A stretch of 64,000 nt of DNA, from contig QPMI01000432.1 of assembly GCA_004431415.1 (NCBI GenBank), forward strand, positions 248,001 to 312,000. Direction: 5' to 3'. Source of the DNA: Cyanophora paradoxa CCMP329 (Eukaryota; Plantae; Glaucophyta). Shown here in pieces: positions 59,534 through 64,000 of the stretch (within the stretch, counting starts at the first letter, position 1; each line of letters opens with the position of its first letter). The notes beneath the pieces were generated by a model. It ran no database searches and had not been told where the DNA came from. It worked only from the letters and a program-made list of their open reading frames with translations. A program made the position numbers and the translations under genes.

Positions 59534-62495
59534 ATGATCACTTACCACACAGATGTGCGCGCTCCCCCTCCAGGCTAGCCCCCCGGCAGACGCCCACGCG
59601 TCGGACAGTCGGAGCCCGGCCCTCGGGGCCTGAGCAGTTAGCCACGGTCTCTCGCCTCCTACCTGCAGCGCGGCGGCTAATGCTGTCAGCTCCCCCGCCG
59701 CGGCGCTCAAGACTTGACCAGCCGCCGCGGCCGGCCCCGCGCGCAGCGCCTGCGGGACCGGATCGCACTCATCTTCCGGTGGCGCGGCTCCGTCTACCGC
59801 CGAATCCTGGGCGAGCTCTTCATCTTCACCGCCTGGTCCGCCGCCCTCCCCGAGCGAAGCCGAGCCGAGCGGGGCCGTCTGAACGCCCGGGGGCGCAGGG
59901 GCTTCTTCGTGGCCGCGCTGGAGGAGTGGATCGACGGCTCGCCGGAGGACGAGGGCGGCACGACGGGCGGGATCGCCATCCCCGACAAGCTCCACAGCTT
60001 CGTCTTCCCCATGCTGGGCTTCCTCCTCGTCTTCCGCTCGCAGCTCGCCTACACGCGCTTCTGGGACTGCCGCTCGGCGCTGGGGGTCGTGGCCTACAGC
60101 TGCCGCGACCTCATCTCGCAGACGCTCTCGTACTCCGACGCCGGCGACGAGCGGCCCGAGAGCAGCCGCTTCCGCCTCAACCTCGTCCGCCTCTCCGCAG
60201 GCCAGCCCCGCCCCGCCCCGCCCCGCCCCGCCCGTCGCCCGCCCCTCTGCCCCCGCGGACCACTGAGCCACGCCCTCCCCTCCCCGCAGCCTTCTACAGC
60301 TACGCCGTACGTCCTGCACGAATCTATCGAACTTCTTATTGCTGAACCGAGCTCTCAAATTTTAAACAGACGGCGTACCTGAACCGGAAGGGCAAGGTGA
60401 CGGACCACTCCTTCCTCAGCCAGTGGCTCCTGCCCGCCGAGGTCGCCAAGATCGAGTCCGCAAAGGGTGCGTGCGATACCGCCCCCCCCCCTTCCCCCCG
60501 CTCCCCTCCAAGGCCCGCCCTCGCCCTCCGACTGCCGGGTACAGGGAACGCCTGCATGCTGCTGGCGCACTGGGTGAGTGAGGAGGCCTGGGGGGGGCGG
60601 CAGGGGCCCTCTCCGGCGTGGCCCGGCGCCCCGCGCCTCTAGCCCCCTGACTCTCCCCCCCCCCCCCCCCCCGGATGCCTCAGGTGAGGCGGGAGGTCTC
60701 CCGCCTGCAGCAACAGCGTCTCATCGATCCCACGATCGTCATGCGCTTCGGTGCGCTCCCTTCCTACCCCCCGGCCGCTCGTCTCCTCTGATCCGCGCGC
60801 TTTGCAGACGACAATGTACCCGACCTTCCGCTACCCCCTGATGCGCCGCCGCTCATGCTGTACCCCCCGCAGGTTACCAAGATCGTGGTCCAGTTCTCCG
60901 TCCTCGACCGCCATATGCGCACCCCCGTACCCCTTCCCTGTCCGCCCCGTACCCCGCCTGCATCAGGAAATAAACTGACGCCCTCCGCAGACACCCAGGC
61001 GCTCGAGATCGTTCTCTTTGTGCGTACCCCCGTCTTTCTCCCCCAAAAGCTCAAAGCCCCTCTTACGCCCGTACCCATCGCAGATGTACTTCATTACCCT
61101 CCCCTTCGTTTTCGTCCGCCTCGTCGTGCGTTTGCGAACGAAGCGTTGCCCCAGCCGGTCGATCTTTGCCACGGTACCCCCTGCGCTGACCCGAGTTCCG
61201 CGGCAGGGCTCCGGGATCAAGCGGCTCGTGCTTCTCCCCGTGACAATGTTCGTGTTCACGTTCACATTCTACGGGATCAAGACGATCGCCTTCGAGCTGG
61301 AGGACCCGCTGGGGGACGACGACAACGACCTGCCCCTGGTACCCCGGCCCCGGATTCAAATATTTGAATTCAAACTTTTCGGGTTCGAAGCTTAAACTTC
61401 TGCGCGTGCGCGGCAGGGCCCGATGGTGGAGTCGTTCTTCCGGGACTGCGCGGAGCTGTACGAGGACCGGCAGGCCGAGGAGCCCGGCCTCCACTGGCCC
61501 TCCAAGAAGCAGTTCGCCTCCTCCTTCGCCCTCTCCTGCGCCCCGCACCTCCGCGCCCGCAAGATGTCCCGCTCCAACACCGCCCGGAGCCCCATGGGCG
61601 GGCTCGTACCCCCCCTCAACCTGCCCCCCGGCTTCCCGGGGTCGCCCTCGGCGCGCGGAGCCCCCGCCTCGCCCCTCAAGCCCGCCGCCTCGCCCGCCAA
61701 GTCCCCGGGCCTCGCCAAGGCCCAGACGGCCCCGCCCTTCGTCGTCGCTCGGATCGACGTGGCCCCTCAGGCCGCCGCCGGCGACGGCGCGCTGGCCCCG
61801 CGCGCCGGCGCCGCGCAGACGCTGCAGCCGCTCGAGAATGGGCACAGCGGCGCCTCGCACCGCCCGGGCCGCTCCTCGCGCCTGCCGCCCCTCGCCATCG
61901 TACCCCCCGCCCAGCCGGCCGCCTCCCCCGTCCGGGAAGTCCCGTGGGCCTCCCAGCAGCAGCCGCCTCAGCAGGGCGGGCGGCCCGCGCTCGCCCTCCA
62001 GCCTGCAGGCTCCCCCGCCATCCTCTTCTCCCCCCCGTGCGCCCGCCCCGCCCTTCCAAAGCGCTCCAAAATCTGAGCGCCCCGCAGGAGCGCCGAGCGC
62101 CCGGACCCCGACTACGAGAGCGAAGACGCGCAGCCACCGCCGCCGCCGCCGCCGCCGCCTCCGCCACCAAGGCCGCAGCAGCAGCCGCAGCGAGAACCGC
62201 CGCCGCCGCCGCTTCCTCCGCCACAGCCTCAGCCGCCGCGCCCGCGCCGGCGGCGGGCCCGGCGAGCGCCCCGGAGGCCGCCGCGGAGGGGGAGGCGCCC
62301 GGCCGGGGCTCGCTGGAGAGGCGGAGCCGGCAGCGGATGCACCGGATGAAGGCCCGGTCGGGGTCCCGGGGCGAGGAACCGGAGGGCGGGAGCAGCGTCG
62401 GGAGCCCCGCGCGGGACGACGCCGGTACCCCCGTCCGCTCCGTCCACCCCCTCGGCGCCCCCGCAGCCAAGTACATCTACCAGCACGCCCCCTAG
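59534..62495 (+). CDS. Bestrophin-family anion channel (bacterial/plant UPF0187-type) with a long disordered C-tail
   Basis: MITY..IFRWRGSVY, LGFLLVFRSQLAYTRFWDCR, RTPVPLPY and IAFELEDPLGDDDNDLPL. The 3' frame is uncertain. Confidence 0.9.
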
Positions 62496-62615
62496 CCTAG
62501 CTTGAGTTGGCTTATGATTCGCCGTTCCCTGCACCCATCCCGCCCCCGCCCCGTCGTTATTCTGCATCCTATTCTATTCTAAATATCAGTAACGAGAACA
62601 GAGGACAGCGCGGCG

Positions 62616-63755
62616 CTACGATTTGCCGCCCTTCCCGCCGCCGGCCCCTTTCCCGCCTCCGGATGCCGATACGGCCGCCCCCGCCATCGCCTCCGTAGCG
62701 CCAGCAACGTCCGCCCCGCCGTGCCCTCCCGCCCCGCCCTTGCCCTTCCGCTTCCCTCCGCCCGCCGCCGCCGCCGCCGGTGGCGCCGCCGCCGCCCCGG
62801 CTCCCGCCGCCGCCGCCTCCTCCTTCTTGGCCTCCTCCTTCTTGGGGCCGTCCTTGGCCGCCTCGCCCTCCTTCTTCTCATCCCTGGACTTCTTCTCCTT
62901 GAGGGGCTTCCGCATGTCGTACGCGTCCTCGCTGTCCGCGTAGTACTTCGCCTCGATGTCGTGGATCCTGCCGGCGCGCGCGGCGGGGCGAGGCTCGAGG
63001 CTCGGCGGGGCGGGGCGGGGCGGGGCGGGGAGCGCGCGCGGGGCGCACTTGTAGCCGAGCGTCTCCGTGTAGAGGTGGAACGCGGCCCGGTTGCTCTTGC
63101 GCACGTGGAGCGAGACGTACTCGGCGTTGAACGTGTCGACCATCGCCCGGTCTGCCGGCCGCGCGCCGCCCCGTCGGGGGCGAGCTAAGCGATGCGGGAG
63201 CGGGGAATGCGCACGCGCGGCGTTCATGAGCTTCGTGGCGAGGCCCAGCTTGCGGTGCGAGCGCAGCACGGCGAGGGACGTGATGTGGCCGTGCGGCTCG
63301 CCCTCCTCCTCCCTGCGCCGCCCGCGGCGTCGGCCTGCGCCTAGAGAGCCGCCAGCGCGAGCGGCGGGGCGCACATCTTCGCCAGCACGTAGCCCACGAT
63401 CTTCCCATTGTGATCCTCGGCGACGTAAAGGAGCTGCGGCCAGGAAAGGATGTGGTAGAAGTAGTACTTCATCTGATAGTTCTCAGGCAAGCAGAAGAGG
63501 TTGCATGTTTGCATCGCCAGCAGGTCCTCGACCTGCGATGAGCGCGTAAGACGACTCGCGGCGCGAGCCGGTCGGACGGCGGCCAGCGCGACATCTCGCC
63601 CCGCATGCGTCCGTCGCGCTCACCGTCGCTGGCCTGCGGGCGGAGGCGCGTTAGTTCGGGAGCGGGCACGGCGGCGGCCGAGCATCGCCGTGCGACGGAG
63701 AGAACAGACTCCGGAAAACAGAACGAGGCTCGAATGCGCACCGGATGTTCACCAT
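62616..63755 (-). CDS. NAA10: N-alpha-acetyltransferase 10 (ARD1, NatA catalytic subunit)
   Basis: MVNIR|PAT|[70 protein letters not shown] and [15 protein letters not shown]. Confidence 0.97.
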
Positions 63756-64000
63756 CTTGTCGCGCGCTGTGCTTCGAGATTTGCCGGTACCCCTCCAAAA
63801 GCGCCTGTCGCCTGAGCAGCAACCAGCGCGAGCGGAGCTGAACGAAACCGTCGGCGCGATAGCAAGCGATCGAAAGCCGTGAGCTGTTCGGCGTAGTCAA
63901 GAGCCCGGCACCGCCTTTGACGGGAACCAAAGCGCGGTCAATCTGCGTGAACCCCATCGATTCCGCGAAGAGCGTGCACGATCGGACAACGGCCACTGGC

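Noticed and set aside
62080-62260. Apparent frame switch in the bestrophin tail (and similarly near 45000 in RWP-RK), suggesting programmed frameshifting
   Set aside because: It lies in low-complexity GC tracts where an unrecognised intron or a sequencing indel is far more likely.

Overview
This is eukaryotic, very GC-rich, intron-dense nuclear DNA. Most introns are about 50-200 nt, so the ORF track only shows fragments and the gene models below were rebuilt by hand from splice sites and protein motifs. Recognisable genes in order: an LRR-like protein, RPS8, RPL37, a signal-anchor/TPR/SMYD-type SET methyltransferase, MLH1, a RING/zf-TRAF/multi-Tudor protein, an F-box/LRR protein, XMAP215/MOR1, condensin II CAP-H2, a DCAF8-family WD40 protein ending in CaaX, a TRAF-architecture E3, an RWP-RK factor, a centlein-like coiled-coil protein, a bestrophin and NAA10. 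The first 5 kb is repeat-rich: a 3x159-bp hairpin repeat and a 40-bp minisatellite. Gene content and intron style suggest a flagellated alga or protist, possibly a Cyanophora-like glaucophyte (inference only). The most notable signals are: (1) a membrane-anchored TPR-clamp protein fused to a SMYD methyltransferase, with a duplicated splice acceptor that could give a SET-less isoform; (2) a high frequency of GC-AG introns with a GYGCGC donor consensus; (3) three ~110-bp bidirectional promoters, one with Myb/MSA and CHR-like motifs between two mitotic genes; (4) a tandem hairpin whose mismatches read as G-U pairs on one strand; (5) location-specific palindromic low-complexity elements. Exon boundaries were read by eye and some gene ends are approximate.
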